Shown: positions 1-10,760, numbered from the stretch's first letter. The stretch: DNA of 64,000 nucleotides from Nitrospinales bacterium (GCA_965223345.1 CBDCWG010000012.1:2112001-2176000), one strand, 5' to 3'. Translations and numbers: made by a program. The notes: generated by a model from the letters alone, not told the origin.

Positions 1-31
1 TTTTTGTTCGATCGCGTTTTCCATAGTTCTA

Positions 32-520
32 TTATAACGTTTTGTGCTTCTTGTAGGGGCGGTAGAATTTCTTGTCGATGGCGATCACGATGTCGTCGAG
101 CGTGTAGCCCTTTTTGTACAGCTCGTAGGCGTAGAGCACCTCGTTGATACAGATTTCGCATTTGGCGCCGTGCCGGTTCGTGAAGCAGGTGAGCAGTGTT
201 TTGTGGCCGTGCTCCTTTTTGCAGTAACAGTAGCAGAACTGGCTGTCGATGACTTTGGGAATCTCCGCCGCGATGCGGTAGGCCTGCGCCACCTTGCCGG
301 TGAACAGTGCGTCCGAGAGCACCGGCCGCGTTTCGATGAGAGTCCCGGTCGCGGGCGCCACCGGCTGCACGTCCGCCGCTGGTTTGGTCGCCACGTACAC
401 CCCGCCGACCACGATCATTACAGCCAGAACGAGGCCGATGAGCTTGCCTTTTCCGGGAGATGCGGATGCAGGGGAGGGGTCTTTTTTCTTATTGGTGTTG
501 CGGGATTTTTTCTTTCCCAT
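32..520 (-). CDS. PCYCGC-motif family membrane-anchored, Cys/His-rich protein
   Basis: N-terminal TM (LIGLVLAVMIVVGGVYVA), then AYRIAAEIP..FCYCYC..HGHKTLLTCF..HGAKCEIC; ATG at 520 chosen over the ORF-track start at 541. Confidence 0.75.
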   Translation of the reverse strand: MGKKKSRNTNKKKDPSPASASPGKGKLIGLVLAVMIVVGGVYVATKPAADVQPVAPATGTLIETRPVLSDALFTGKVAQAYRIAAEIPKVIDSQFCYCYCKKEHGHKTLLTCFTNRHGAKCEICINEVLYAYELYKKGYTLDDIVIAIDKKFYRPYKKHKTL

Positions 521-703
521 AGCGAATTTCAGAGGTTCCAACCGCGGGCGGTGTGGGAATCGTTAATGAATACCTATCATTATAAAGAATTGCCCGGACG
601 GGATTCAAGCGATTTGGGCCTGCGTCAAGAGAATAGATGCACAGTGGGTGACCGAGTGCTTAGGCCAGTCCAGAGCTTGGGGCAGACTAAGTGGGCAAAA
701 AAA

Positions 704-2128
704 TTAATAGTGAAGGATTTCTCCTTCGGGAGAGATCGTAAGACCGCCTTTGTAACCGGAGTCGGTTAAATCGGGGTCGATATCCTCACGTTTCCACTTC
801 AGTATTGGATTTCCAGTATAAGAGATAAGAACCATGTTTTTGTCAGGAAAAATCAACCAGTGGGAGTTGTTATATCTTTCATCCAATTCAGCTTCGAAAG
901 ACACAATATCGCTGGAATAAGGTTTATCTAGAACAGGCCATCCGTAGTATTTACGAAAATACTGGTATCTTTTTTTACTTATAGAACAGCCCTGGTTGAT
1001 ATTTATGGAATATTCGTATTCGGGGTGTTTTTCCATGAATGTTTTCAGCCAGGGGATGGAATCAATTTGGTCTCTAAATTGCTTTATTTTTTCGGGGGAA
1101 TACTGTGTGAGATCCAGTTTTCCTTTCTTGATAGGCGCTTCTAGTTCTATAAAAAAGTTTTTTGGTCCTGCTTTATCCTGAAGTTTCACAGTCCATTCTT
1201 CGATTTCCGTTTTTCCACAACACTCACCATAAATTCGACTTTGAACGATATTGTATTGTTGTGTTACCGGAAGAATTTGGTCACCCAGGTCGTTGAGCTT
1301 TTTTTTCTGATGTAAATTATCCTCAAAATTGATGATCGGTTCATACCAAACTCTCGTAAAAAAAAGTTCTCTTATGTCAGGGGCAATTCTTTCATACGCT
1401 TGGCACTGGGACGGTATAATTTTATTCAGAGCCTTCGCGATGTGGATATTGAACGTTTTTACAGTTTGCGATTGATCTTCGATTTTCCAAGGGATCATGT
1501 AAGCATGTTGCGATTTGGAGTTCACTTGTAGGGTGTTCCCGTCACTCAGGCGTATGGTGATCTCGATTTTCGGATTATCGTCCGTCCAACCCCCTTCATA
1601 ATATTCTGCCAGGTGTTTCAAATCTAAAAGTTGGGGATACAGTTTTTCTTTTTCAGTTTCTAAATTCGGAAAATCATCTGTGGAAAGATGTTTCAATCTT
1701 TCCTCCATAGCCACCCGGGCATTTTCTTTTAGCCATTGTTTGGATAAACCAAATTGGCCGGTGTCCAATTTAGGGATGGGCTCCGATTGAATGGCTTGCA
1801 TCAACCGTTCGATTTTTTCATTTTCAATCGGGAGGTTGTCCTTGACCTCCCTGTGGTTCATGATGAAATGGGTTAGTTTTTTGTCTGTGATCTTTTTCAT
1901 TGGTTTGGGAACAAGGCCCTGCCGTTGTAATTCCTCGAGATTCCGAATGGGATCGAACAGATCCAGCTTCCCTTTATAGCCCGCATCGGTTCGCTTGACT
2001 GTGAACTGGCAATCTCCGCCATCCGCCAAAGCCCAGAGCGTGTAGTGGGTCGTTTTTATGTGGATGGACTCCACCTCTGAGGCAAAGGCGGGTGAACTTA
2101 TACACGACAACAGAAAAGCCAATAACAA
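704..2128 (-). CDS. Secreted hypothetical protein in an AT-rich segment
   Basis: 474-aa ORF with a signal-peptide-like start (..SPAFA/SE); visibly lower GC than its flanks; no family recognised. Confidence 0.7.
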   Translation of the reverse strand: MLLAFLLSCISSPAFASEVESIHIKTTHYTLWALADGGDCQFTVKRTDAGYKGKLDLFDPIRNLEELQRQGLVPKPMKKITDKKLTHFIMNHREVKDNLPIENEKIERLMQAIQSEPIPKLDTGQFGLSKQWLKENARVAMEERLKHLSTDDFPNLETEKEKLYPQLLDLKHLAEYYEGGWTDDNPKIEITIRLSDGNTLQVNSKSQHAYMIPWKIEDQSQTVKTFNIHIAKALNKIIPSQCQAYERIAPDIRELFFTRVWYEPIINFEDNLHQKKKLNDLGDQILPVTQQYNIVQSRIYGECCGKTEIEEWTVKLQDKAGPKNFFIELEAPIKKGKLDLTQYSPEKIKQFRDQIDSIPWLKTFMEKHPEYEYSININQGCSISKKRYQYFRKYYGWPVLDKPYSSDIVSFEAELDERYNNSHWLIFPDKNMVLISYTGNPILKWKREDIDPDLTDSGYKGGLTISPEGEILHY

Positions 2129-2338
2129 GGTAATCAGCAGGTGTTGAGCTTTTGGTCGTGTATGCGGTTTTTTTGCAACGGGTGCATGGTGGTTTTATCA
2201 CCTGTTGGGTTGGGGGAGGGGATAGAGGACTATTACCCATTATAAGCCAAAGAGATACGGTTTCGAGGGCGGAAATATCTCGACTGCGGAAAGCGGGGTT
2301 TGCCAGTGGTTTTCAGGTGGCGTTGGCTGGGCCAGAGG

Positions 2339-3016
2339 TCAGCGGATCACCCCGTACCATTTGCTCAGAGTCTGGGGGGAGAAGCCCACGAGAAACAGGG
2401 TGGCGATGACGGAGTTGCGGAAGGTGGTGAACCAGACGCCCTCAGTGAGCCAGCGGCGCGGCGAGGTGCGGGCCTTTTCCTTGAGAACGACGGTCGCCCC
2501 CTTTTTTTTCAGGCGTTTGAAAAAATCCAGGTCCTCGCAGATGGGCAACGAGCGAAACCCCTCCATCTCGTTGAAGGTGCCGGCGCGCACGAAGATGGCC
2601 TGGTCGCCGTAGACGAGGTGGAGGTAGCGCGACCTGAGGGTGGCGAGTTTGGCGATGAGCCGCAGCGACATCCTCTCGGATTCGATGGCCAGGCTGAACG
2701 CGCCGCCGAGTTTGCCGCCTTCCTGCATGACCGCGACCATCTTGCGGTAGCTTTCGCCGTCCACGGCGCTGTCGGCGTGCAGAAACAGCAGGATGTCGCC
2801 GGTGGCCGCCCGGGCGCCGGAATTCATCTGGTGTGCGCGGCCGGGGGGGCTTTCGACGGTTTTGCAGGCGAGCTGCCCGGCGATTGCGCGGGTTTCGTCC
2901 TGGCTGCCGCCGTCGGCCACGATGATCTCGTGCGGTTCGTGCCGGCGAATGGCTTGCAGGGTCTGCGGCAGGGCCGAGGATTCGTTGAGCGTGGGGATGA
3001 CGACCGAGACTTTCAC
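2339..3016 (-). CDS. GT2 glycosyltransferase, TIGR04283-like
   Basis: VSVVIPTLNE, ADGGSQD, GRAHQMNSGA, LLFLHADS, YGDQAIFV, ICED, TSPRRW; GTG at 3016 with GAGG upstream. Confidence 0.85.
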   Translation of the reverse strand: MKVSVVIPTLNESSALPQTLQAIRRHEPHEIIVADGGSQDETRAIAGQLACKTVESPPGRAHQMNSGARAATGDILLFLHADSAVDGESYRKMVAVMQEGGKLGGAFSLAIESERMSLRLIAKLATLRSRYLHLVYGDQAIFVRAGTFNEMEGFRSLPICEDLDFFKRLKKKGATVVLKEKARTSPRRWLTEGVWFTTFRNSVIATLFLVGFSPQTLSKWYGVIR

Positions 3017-3340
3017 GTATTTGCGTTCCTCAAAATGCAAAAAGCTCCGTCCAGGCGAAATAAAAGCGGTATTTTTTGCGTATCGACCGCAAAAAACGGC
3101 TCAGTTAACCACAAAAGCGTCGGCTTTGCAACGGCGTTGGGATTTTCAAATCAATGGGAAACACGGCTTCGGTCAGGCCCGCCGATCAAACGGTTTCGGA
3201 GGGGAGAACCCTTTAGAATTGGTAATCCCTGATACACAAGCCTTTAAGGTGGATTTGCGAAATAAATGATTTACAATAAGAAGCAATAGGGATATATACG
3301 AGACTGCCGCTGGTGGCAGGTACCCAATCTTTATAGAGCG

Positions 3341-4123
3341 ATGCTGGCCCACTTTATCGATTCCAAGAAATTTCAGTGCGGGTATTTCAAGGAACGGCAG
3401 TCTCTGTTTGAAGAATACCTGCTTGAAGACGTTTCCGAGGTGGAATTCGAGTATCTCCTGGCCCACGGAATGCGTCATTTCGGGGATTATTTTTTCCGCC
3501 CCCGCTGTCAGGACTGCTTCCAGTGCATCCCCATCCGCGTCCGCACCGACGATTTCCGCATCTCCCGCAGCCAGAAACGGGCGCTCAAAGCCTGCAACGG
3601 AATAAAAATCAAGGTCGGAGCTCCCAAATACACGGACAAGAAATTCCGCCTGTATCTGGACCATAAAAAGCGCTTTCAATCCCTGCAGGACGATGTGGAA
3701 GACGAGCAGAACTTCCGCCTTTCCTTTTACGTCAATACGCCTTTCGGGATCGAATTCGAGTACTACTGGAACGACACGCTGATCGGCGTCGCGCTGGGGG
3801 ATTTCACCAGCAACACGTTTTCCGCGATTTATACGTTCTACGTGGCCCCCGACCCGCAGATGAGCCTGGGAACCTTCAGCATTTTAAAGCAGCTTGAGTT
3901 TTCCAAACGGCAGGGGATCAAGTATTACTACCTGGGGTACTACATCACCAACAATCAGTCCTTGACGTACAAGGCGGCTTTCCGTCCCAACGAAGTGTAC
4001 GTCGATCGCGAATGGCGTCCTTTCCGCAACACGCAGGGGGATTTCCTCATTCCACAGGATAAGCTGATGTGGCGCAATCAGGAATTCCTCGTCAAGGCCG
4101 CCGCTCCGATGGAGCTGGCCTGA
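3341..4123 (+). CDS. bpt: Arginyltransferase / Asp-Glu leucyltransferase (ATE/Bpt family)
   Basis: CGYF, GMRHFG..FFRP.C..C..C.P.R, SAIYTFY, SLGTFSIL, YYYLGYYI..SLTYKA.FRP. Confidence 0.85.
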   Translation: MLAHFIDSKKFQCGYFKERQSLFEEYLLEDVSEVEFEYLLAHGMRHFGDYFFRPRCQDCFQCIPIRVRTDDFRISRSQKRALKACNGIKIKVGAPKYTDKKFRLYLDHKKRFQSLQDDVEDEQNFRLSFYVNTPFGIEFEYYWNDTLIGVALGDFTSNTFSAIYTFYVAPDPQMSLGTFSILKQLEFSKRQGIKYYYLGYYITNNQSLTYKAAFRPNEVYVDREWRPFRNTQGDFLIPQDKLMWRNQEFLVKAAAPMELA

Positions 4124-4136
4124 CTTTCCCGCCTTC

Positions 4137-4250
4137 TTAGAGCACCTCGAAGAACACCAGAAAGATCCAGATCACCAGGCAGATGTTGAAGATCACGCCG
4201 ATGTGGAAGATCCAGTTGAAGAGTTTGTTGTAGGTGAATTTGTAGTCCAT
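4137..4250 (-). CDS. Small single-pass membrane protein (37 aa), not in the ORF track
   Basis: Read manually: MDYKFTYNKLFNWIFHIGVIFNICLVIWIFLVFFEVL*; host-like codon usage; 30 nt downstream of the LRR gene. Confidence 0.65.
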   Translation of the reverse strand: MDYKFTYNKLFNWIFHIGVIFNICLVIWIFLVFFEVL

Positions 4251-4280
4251 GGGTGGTCACCGTGGGGGCGTTCGCCCCGT

Positions 4281-5093
4281 TCAATCCATCACCAGGGTTT
4301 TCAGCCGTTTCGCCAGATCGGAGCCGCGGATGATCTTGCGCACCGGCCGGTCGATCAGGTTGAGGCTCATGTAGAGCCGTTCCAGCTTGGCGAAGGTTGC
4401 GGAATTCGCGATGGCCTGCCCGCCGGCATCGCGGATCTCGTTGCGCCAGATGCTGAGCACCGTCAGGTTTTTCAGATGCGGCGATTCGGCCAGGGCGATG
4501 GCGCCTTCGTTGCCGATCCGGTTGGAGCAGAGATACAGTTTTGACAGTTCCGCAAGCTGCGCCGAGTTGGCCAGCGCCACCGCGCCGTCGTCCCCCATGC
4601 CGGTGCTGTCCAGGTGCAGGGCGGAGAGCGCCGGAAAGGCGGTGGAGGCGGCGATGGATTCGGTGCCTGCCGCACCGATGGGGTTGCTGTCGAGATACAG
4701 GATTTCCAGCCTGCCGAATTTCGCCGAACCGGCGAGCTGTTTCGCTCCTTCAGCGCCGATGTTGTTGGCTTCCAGCATGAGGCAGGTCAGATTCTGCATC
4801 AGGTCCGATCCTGCCAGCATCCCCGCTTCTGTGTCCCCCAGATTGTTGTGGTTGAGATACAGCGCTTTCAGGTTGGGAAACGTGCGCATGGCGGCGAGCG
4901 CCGCGACGGAATCCCCCGAAAGGTGGTTGTGGCTGAGGTAGAGCTGCTCCACGCCCGCAAGGTCCTCCAGCTCGGCGATGCATTTCAACTCCTCGACGCC
5001 GATGTCCTGATCGTCCAGATCGAGCAATGTTCCGTCCGCATTCAGGCGGGAACGCACGCGCGTTTCGATATCGGATTTTGCAACTTTTTCCAA
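4281..5093 (-). CDS. Leucine-rich repeat protein (about 8 repeats of 27 aa)
   Basis: Repeated LxxLxLxxNxIGxxGAxxLA.S units. Confidence 0.85.
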   Translation of the reverse strand: MEKVAKSDIETRVRSRLNADGTLLDLDDQDIGVEELKCIAELEDLAGVEQLYLSHNHLSGDSVAALAAMRTFPNLKALYLNHNNLGDTEAGMLAGSDLMQNLTCLMLEANNIGAEGAKQLAGSAKFGRLEILYLDSNPIGAAGTESIAASTAFPALSALHLDSTGMGDDGAVALANSAQLAELSKLYLCSNRIGNEGAIALAESPHLKNLTVLSIWRNEIRDAGGQAIANSATFAKLERLYMSLNLIDRPVRKIIRGSDLAKRLKTLVMD

Positions 5094-5323
5094 TGCGGAG
5101 TTCCAGATATAATTTGAAGGGCGATGGCTGCCAACGGTTTCAATCTATAGGATTTTGCTTTAAAGATCAAACCGCCGGCGGCGCGCGTGCGAAAAATTTG
5201 GGTGAGGACGGCTGCGAATTTCGGTATAAATGATTTCGTCTGGAATCCCCGGGTATTCTCGATACCTGTGAAACCTCCCTTTGCGGCGCAATCCACCTAC
5301 GAAAGCGGAAACGAGGCAAACCC

Positions 5324-6436
5324 ATGATTATCGGTGTTCCAAAAGAAATCAAAGAGGATGAAGGCCGGATCTCCCTGACCCCCGCCGGGGCCCACGAACT
5401 GACGGCGCGCGGGCACGAGGTTCTGATCGAAAAGGATGCGGGCAAAGGCAGCGGTCTGTCCGACCTGCAATACGAAGAACAGGGCGCGCGCATCACCAGC
5501 CGCGACGTCATCTACGCGCAGGCGGAGATGATCATCAAGGTGAAGGAGCCGCTCAAGGAAGAGTACGGCATGCTGCAGGAAGGGCAGATCCTCTACACCT
5601 ACCTGCACCTCGCGCCGGCCAAAGAGCTGACGCAGGCGTTGCTGGACAGGAAGATCATCGGCATCGCCTACGAAACCGTGCAGCTGCCCGACAGATCCCT
5701 GCCGCTGCTCATTCCCATGAGCGAGGTGGCGGGGCGCATGTCGATCCACGAAGGGGCGAAATGCCTGGAAGGGGAAAACGGCGGCCGCGGGATTCTGCTC
5801 GGCGGCGTTCCCGGCGTGGACCCGGGGCATGTGGTGATCATCGGCGGCGGCATCGTCGGCACCAATGCGGCGAAGATGGCGATCGGCACCGGCGCGATGG
5901 TCACGGTGCTGGACATCGACCTGCCGCGCCTGCGCTACCTGGACGATATCTTCGGCGCGCGCGTGCGCACGTTGATGTCGAACCACATCAACATGATGGA
6001 CGCCCTGCGCTCGGCGGATGTGGTGGTCGGGGCGGTGCTCATCCCCGGCGCGAAAGCCCCCAAACTGGTGACCCGCAAGATGATGCAGCAGATGAAGCCC
6101 GGTTCGGTGGTGGTGGATGTGGGGATCGACCAGGGCGGCGTGTTCGAGACCTCGCGGCCGACCACGCACAGCGATCCCATCTATGAGGAAGAGGGGGTGA
6201 TTCATTACTGCGTCGCCAACATGCCCGGCGCGCTGGCGCGCACCTCGACGTTTGCGCTCACCAACGCCACGTTCCCGCACGCGCTGGAGCTGGCGGAGAA
6301 GGGATACCGGCGGGCGTTTCGCGAAAACCCGGCGCTGGCGCTGGGACTCAACGTTTACAAGGGGCACGTCACGCATCCGGCGGTGGCCGACTCCCTGGAT
6401 ATGGAGTACGTTCCCATCGACAAGGCTCTGGACTGA
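5324..6436 (+). CDS. ald: Alanine dehydrogenase
   Basis: [49 protein letters not shown]. Confidence 0.97.
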   Translation: MIIGVPKEIKEDEGRISLTPAGAHELTARGHEVLIEKDAGKGSGLSDLQYEEQGARITSRDVIYAQAEMIIKVKEPLKEEYGMLQEGQILYTYLHLAPAKELTQALLDRKIIGIAYETVQLPDRSLPLLIPMSEVAGRMSIHEGAKCLEGENGGRGILLGGVPGVDPGHVVIIGGGIVGTNAAKMAIGTGAMVTVLDIDLPRLRYLDDIFGARVRTLMSNHINMMDALRSADVVVGAVLIPGAKAPKLVTRKMMQQMKPGSVVVDVGIDQGGVFETSRPTTHSDPIYEEEGVIHYCVANMPGALARTSTFALTNATFPHALELAEKGYRRAFRENPALALGLNVYKGHVTHPAVADSLDMEYVPIDKALD

Positions 6437-6446
6437 ACTCGACTTC

Positions 6447-9400
6447 ATGACATCTCCCACAAATTTCGTTCATCTGCACCTGCACACGATGTACAGCCTG
6501 CTGGATTCCTCGATCCGGCACGACGCCCTGTTCCAGCGCGCCGCGGAATACGGCATGCCGGCGGTCGCCATGACCGACCACGGCAACCTGTTCGGGGCGG
6601 TGGAGTTTTACAACGGGGCGAGAAAACACGGGCTCAAACCGATCATCGGCTGCGAGGTGTACGTCGCGCCCGAGAGCCGGCTGGAGAAGAAAACCAACCA
6701 CCACCTGCGCGACGCCTCCTACCATCTCATCCTGCTGGCGGAAAATGACAAGGGCTACAAAAACCTGCTGCGCCTGGTCACCTCGGGATACCTGGAAGGG
6801 TTTTACTACAAACCGCGCATCGACAAGGAGCTGCTGGCCGAGCACGCCGAAGGACTGATCGCGCTCAGCTCCTGCGGCCGGGGCGAGGTGGCCTACAACC
6901 TCAACAAGGAAAACTTCCCGCGCGCGGTGAAGACCGCCGAGCAGTACCGCGATATCATGGGACCGGACAATTTTTTCCTGGAACTGCAATACCACAAGCA
7001 GGACTACCAGGAGAAAGTCAACCGGGAGCTGATCCGCCTGGGGGAAAAACTGTCGCTGCCGGTGGTGGCCACCAACAACTGCCATTACCTGGAGCGCGGC
7101 GATTTCCGGGCGCACGAGATCTTGTTGTGCCTGCAGACCGGAAAGACCATCAGCGACCAGTACCGCATGCAGTATCCCTCGGATGAATACTATTTCAAAT
7201 CCCCTGAGGAGATGATCGAGCTGTTCAAAGACGTTCCGGAGGCGATCGCAAACACGCTGAAGATCGCCGAACGCTGCGAGGTGGAATTCGATTTCGACAA
7301 GCTCAACCTGCCCGAGTATCCGGTGCCGGAGAGCTACACGCTGGAAACCTATCTGGAGGAACGGTCGCGCGAGGGGCTCAAGGAACGGCTGGACTGGATG
7401 CGGGAGCTGGGCGACGAGCCGGATGTGGCCGCCTACGAAGCGCGCCTGGACGAGGAACTGGGCATCATCCGCCGCATGGGCTATCCGGGCTATTTTCTCA
7501 TCGTCTGGGATTTCATCCACCATGCGAAGGAACGCAACATCCCGGTGGGTCCGGGCCGCGGCTCGGCGGCGGGCAGCGTCGTCGCGTACGCGCTCAAGAT
7601 CACCGACATCGATCCTCTAAAGTACGGCCTGCTGTTCGAGCGTTTTTTGAATCCGGAACGGGTGAGCATGCCCGATATCGACATCGACTTCTGCATCCAG
7701 GGCCGGGATGCGGTGATTCAGTACGTGACGGAAAAATACGGCGGTAACCAGAACGTGTCGCAGATCATCACGTTCGGCAGCATGAACGCCAAGGGCGTGC
7801 TGCGCGACGTGGGCCGGGTGCTCGACATGACCTACGGCGAGGTGGACAAGATCGCCAAGCTGGTGCCCAACCGGCTGAACGTGACGCTGACCGATGCGAT
7901 CAACGAGGAACCGCGCTTCAACGAAATGCGCAAGGAAAGCGAAAAAGTGGCGGAGCTTCTGGACATCGCGCGTTCGCTGGAAGGGCTGCCGCGCCATTGC
8001 TCGACGCACGCGGCGGGGGTGGTGATCTCTTCCCAGCCGCTCACCAAGTTTCTGCCGCTCTACAAGGGCGGCAACGACGAGGTGGTGACCCAGTTTTCCA
8101 TGGGCAGCGTGGAAAAGCTGGGCATGCTCAAGATGGATTTCCTCGGCCTCAAGACGCTGACGGTCATCGACATGGCGTTGAAGCTGATCAAACAGTCGCG
8201 CGACCTCGATCTGGATATCAGCGCCATCCCCTATGACGATGCCAAAACGTACAAGCTGTTGAGCGACGCCAGGACGCTGGGCGTGTTTCAGTTGGAAAGT
8301 TCGGGGATGCGGGACCTGCTGAAAAAAATGAAGCCCGATTGTTTCGAAGACATCGTCGCGCTTCTGGCTTTGTACCGGCCCGGTCCGCTGGAGTCGGGTA
8401 TGGTGGACACCTACATCAAGTGCAAGCACGGAACCGAGCGAGTGCAGTACGAGCTGCCGCAACTGGAAAAGATCCTGAGGGAAACGCACGGCGTGATCCT
8501 CTATCAGGAGCAGGTCATGAACATCGCCAGCGCGCTCGCGGGTTTCACGCTGGGGGATGCGGACCTTCTGCGCCGCGCGATGGGCAAGAAAAAGCCCGAG
8601 GAAATGGCGGCGCAGCGGGAAAAATTCATGCAGGGCAGCAAGAAAAACGAGATCCCCGACAAGAAAGCGGACAAGATCTTCAACCTGATGGAAAAGTTTT
8701 CCGGTTACGGTTTCAACAAGTCGCACAGCGCCGCCTACGCGCAGATCTCCTACCAGACCGCTTACCTGAAGGCGCATTACCCGCTGGAATTTTTCGGCGC
8801 GCTGATCACGGGCGACATGGACAACACGGACAAGGTCCTGCGCTACATCCACGATTGCCGGGAGATGGGCATCCAGGTGCGGCCGCCGGATGTGAACGCC
8901 AGCACCAAGGATTTTTCCATCGTGGAAAACCAGCTGCTGTTCGGGCTGGGGGCGATCAAAAACGTCGGCACGGCGGCGATCGAATCGATCATCGAAACGC
9001 GCAAGGAGCACCAGCGGTTCGCCTCGTTCAAGGAGTTCTGCGAGTTCGTCGATCTCAGGCAGGTCAACAAGCGCGTCATCGAGAGTCTCATCAAAAGCGG
9101 CGCCTGCGATTCGTTCGGCGAGAGCCGCGCCGTCATGATGCGGGATCTGCAGGCGACGATGGAGATGGCGCAGTCCAAGCAGCGCGACCGGCAACTGGGG
9201 CAGTCGAGCATGTTCGAAGTGTTCGAGGAGCAGATGGAAGCGGAGCCGCAAACCGAACAGCAGGATGAGGAGTGGAGCGAGCAGGAACGGCTGAAGTTCG
9301 AGAAGGAGACCGTCGGTTTTTACATCACGGGCCATCCGTTGCAGCGCTTCGCCAAAGACATCGCCTGGTTCACCGACGCGACCTCGGCCAGCATCGCGGA

Positions 9401-9911
9401 ATCCCCGAGCAATGCCGCGGTGCGCATCGCCGGAATCCCCATCAAGGTGCTGCCGAAGACCACGCGCAAAGGCGACAAGATGGCCATCGTGACGTTCGAG
9501 GATCTGCAGGGTTCGATCGACGTGATCCTCTGGCCGGAAACCTACGCCGCCTCAGAGAGCCTGCTGCACATCGAAGAGCCGCTGCTGGTCACCGGGACGG
9601 TGGATTCGGAAGGCAACCTGCCCAAAGTGATCGCGAATCAGGTCGCGCCGCTGGCGGAGGTCAAGAGTCACTGGAAGGGCAAGGTGCACATCCATCTGCG
9701 CACGCCCGGACTCGAGCGGCAGACGCTGCTGGAGGTGAAGAACATCCTTGCGGCGCACAAAGGAAAAAACGAAACCTTCCTGCATTTCATCTTTCCCGAC
9801 AACAAGGTGAAGATCCTCAGTGTGGATCACGATCTGCGCATCCAGCCTTCCGACGGGGTGGTGGAGGAAATCGAAGCCCTTCTGGGTGAGGACGCCATCC
9901 GCTTCGAATAG
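6447..9911 (+). CDS. dnaE: DNA polymerase III alpha subunit
   Basis: PHP domain FVHLHLHTMYSLLD, GPGRGSAAGS, RVSMPDIDIDF, GFNKSH; start placed at ATG 6447 just after the ald stop. Confidence 0.98.
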   Translation: MTSPTNFVHLHLHTMYSLLDSSIRHDALFQRAAEYGMPAVAMTDHGNLFGAVEFYNGARKHGLKPIIGCEVYVAPESRLEKKTNHHLRDASYHLILLAENDKGYKNLLRLVTSGYLEGFYYKPRIDKELLAEHAEGLIALSSCGRGEVAYNLNKENFPRAVKTAEQYRDIMGPDNFFLELQYHKQDYQEKVNRELIRLGEKLSLPVVATNNCHYLERGDFRAHEILLCLQTGKTISDQYRMQYPSDEYYFKSPEEMIELFKDVPEAIANTLKIAERCEVEFDFDKLNLPEYPVPESYTLETYLEERSREGLKERLDWMRELGDEPDVAAYEARLDEELGIIRRMGYPGYFLIVWDFIHHAKERNIPVGPGRGSAAGSVVAYALKITDIDPLKYGLLFERFLNPERVSMPDIDIDFCIQGRDAVIQYVTEKYGGNQNVSQIITFGSMNAKGVLRDVGRVLDMTYGEVDKIAKLVPNRLNVTLTDAINEEPRFNEMRKESEKVAELLDIARSLEGLPRHCSTHAAGVVISSQPLTKFLPLYKGGNDEVVTQFSMGSVEKLGMLKMDFLGLKTLTVIDMALKLIKQSRDLDLDISAIPYDDAKTYKLLSDARTLGVFQLESSGMRDLLKKMKPDCFEDIVALLALYRPGPLESGMVDTYIKCKHGTERVQYELPQLEKILRETHGVILYQEQVMNIASALAGFTLGDADLLRRAMGKKKPEEMAAQREKFMQGSKKNEIPDKKADKIFNLMEKFSGYGFNKSHSAAYAQISYQTAYLKAHYPLEFFGALITGDMDNTDKVLRYIHDCREMGIQVRPPDVNASTKDFSIVENQLLFGLGAIKNVGTAAIESIIETRKEHQRFASFKEFCEFVDLRQVNKRVIESLIKSGACDSFGESRAVMMRDLQATMEMAQSKQRDRQLGQSSMFEVFEEQMEAEPQTEQQDEEWSEQERLKFEKETVGFYITGHPLQRFAKDIAWFTDATSASIAESPSNAAVRIAGIPIKVLPKTTRKGDKMAIVTFEDLQGSIDVILWPETYAASESLLHIEEPLLVTGTVDSEGNLPKVIANQVAPLAEVKSHWKGKVHIHLRTPGLERQTLLEVKNILAAHKGKNETFLHFIFPDNKVKILSVDHDLRIQPSDGVVEEIEALLGEDAIRFE

Positions 9912-9920
9912 CTTTGCGCC

Positions 9921-10562
9921 TCAGGCGGCCTGCATTTTTTCCCGGATGCGCTCGCGCAGGGCCTGCTCCAGAGCGCCTTGCGGATTGTGCGCCGGGTGAA
10001 ACGGGATCCTGAGTATTTTCCCTTGCCGCGATTCGATTCGAAGAGCCTGCACCCAGGCGCTACCGGTGAACAGGGCCGGCAGAAAAAACACCCGGTCGAG
10101 CGAGAGGGATTTCACCTCGGACCAGGGCAGGGCGGTCTTTGCGGCGCAGAAAGGCAGCTGCCATTTGGCGAAATGCATCGCCGCGCCCTGCGGGCTGAGC
10201 GTGACGAAATGGTTCCTGGGAAACAGCTCGCGGTTGCGGCACAGAAGCGTCATCGCCTTGAACAGCCCGTACAGCAGGGCCAGGATGACGCAGGTCAACA
10301 AAATGCGGTCGAGGTTGAAGGCCCCGGCCCGCAGGAGCAGAACCACCAGCCCCCAGGTCAGCGAGGCCATGAACAGGAGCAGGGGCGCCATCATGAAGCC
10401 GCCGTGAAAACGCATGCCCAGGCCCGGCAGACCCGCAGGAAGCACGACGGTGATGTCGTTTCGGGTGTCCAAAATGGCGGCGGTTTTTGCCTCGGCTTCG
10501 TTGTCCTGCAAAAAATCCAGCGCGATTTCATGGTCTTTCGCCTGCCAGGGGGGACGCGTCAT
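9921..10562 (-). CDS. Hypothetical membrane protein (2 TM plus soluble C-terminal part)
   Basis: Two hydrophobic segments; fills the gap between dnaE and the M16 gene. Confidence 0.6.
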   Translation of the reverse strand: MTRPPWQAKDHEIALDFLQDNEAEAKTAAILDTRNDITVVLPAGLPGLGMRFHGGFMMAPLLLFMASLTWGLVVLLLRAGAFNLDRILLTCVILALLYGLFKAMTLLCRNRELFPRNHFVTLSPQGAAMHFAKWQLPFCAAKTALPWSEVKSLSLDRVFFLPALFTGSAWVQALRIESRQGKILRIPFHPAHNPQGALEQALRERIREKMQAA

Positions 10563-10760
10563 GGTGTTTTTCCGCAGGAAAAGCCGCGCAAAACGCAAGG
10601 CGGGCGGCCGGCACGGGAGGCCGTGCCGATAATTTCTTGGGATTTGCGAACGGGTTTCACGCAGCCGGTATCTTTATTTTTAGGAATCTGAGGGCTCATG
10701 CGATAATGGTTGAAGATCATAACGGCATTTCACGCAAATGAAAACAAGAGAAAATCCCGC

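Noticed and set aside
654..662. GAGTGCTTA CIRCE-like half-site
   Set aside because: No matching partner arm and no heat-shock gene adjacent
6252..6446. N-terminal extension of DnaE in the ORF track, or an intein in dnaE
   Set aside because: The extension overlaps ald; from ATG 6447 the length is normal and no intein motifs were seen
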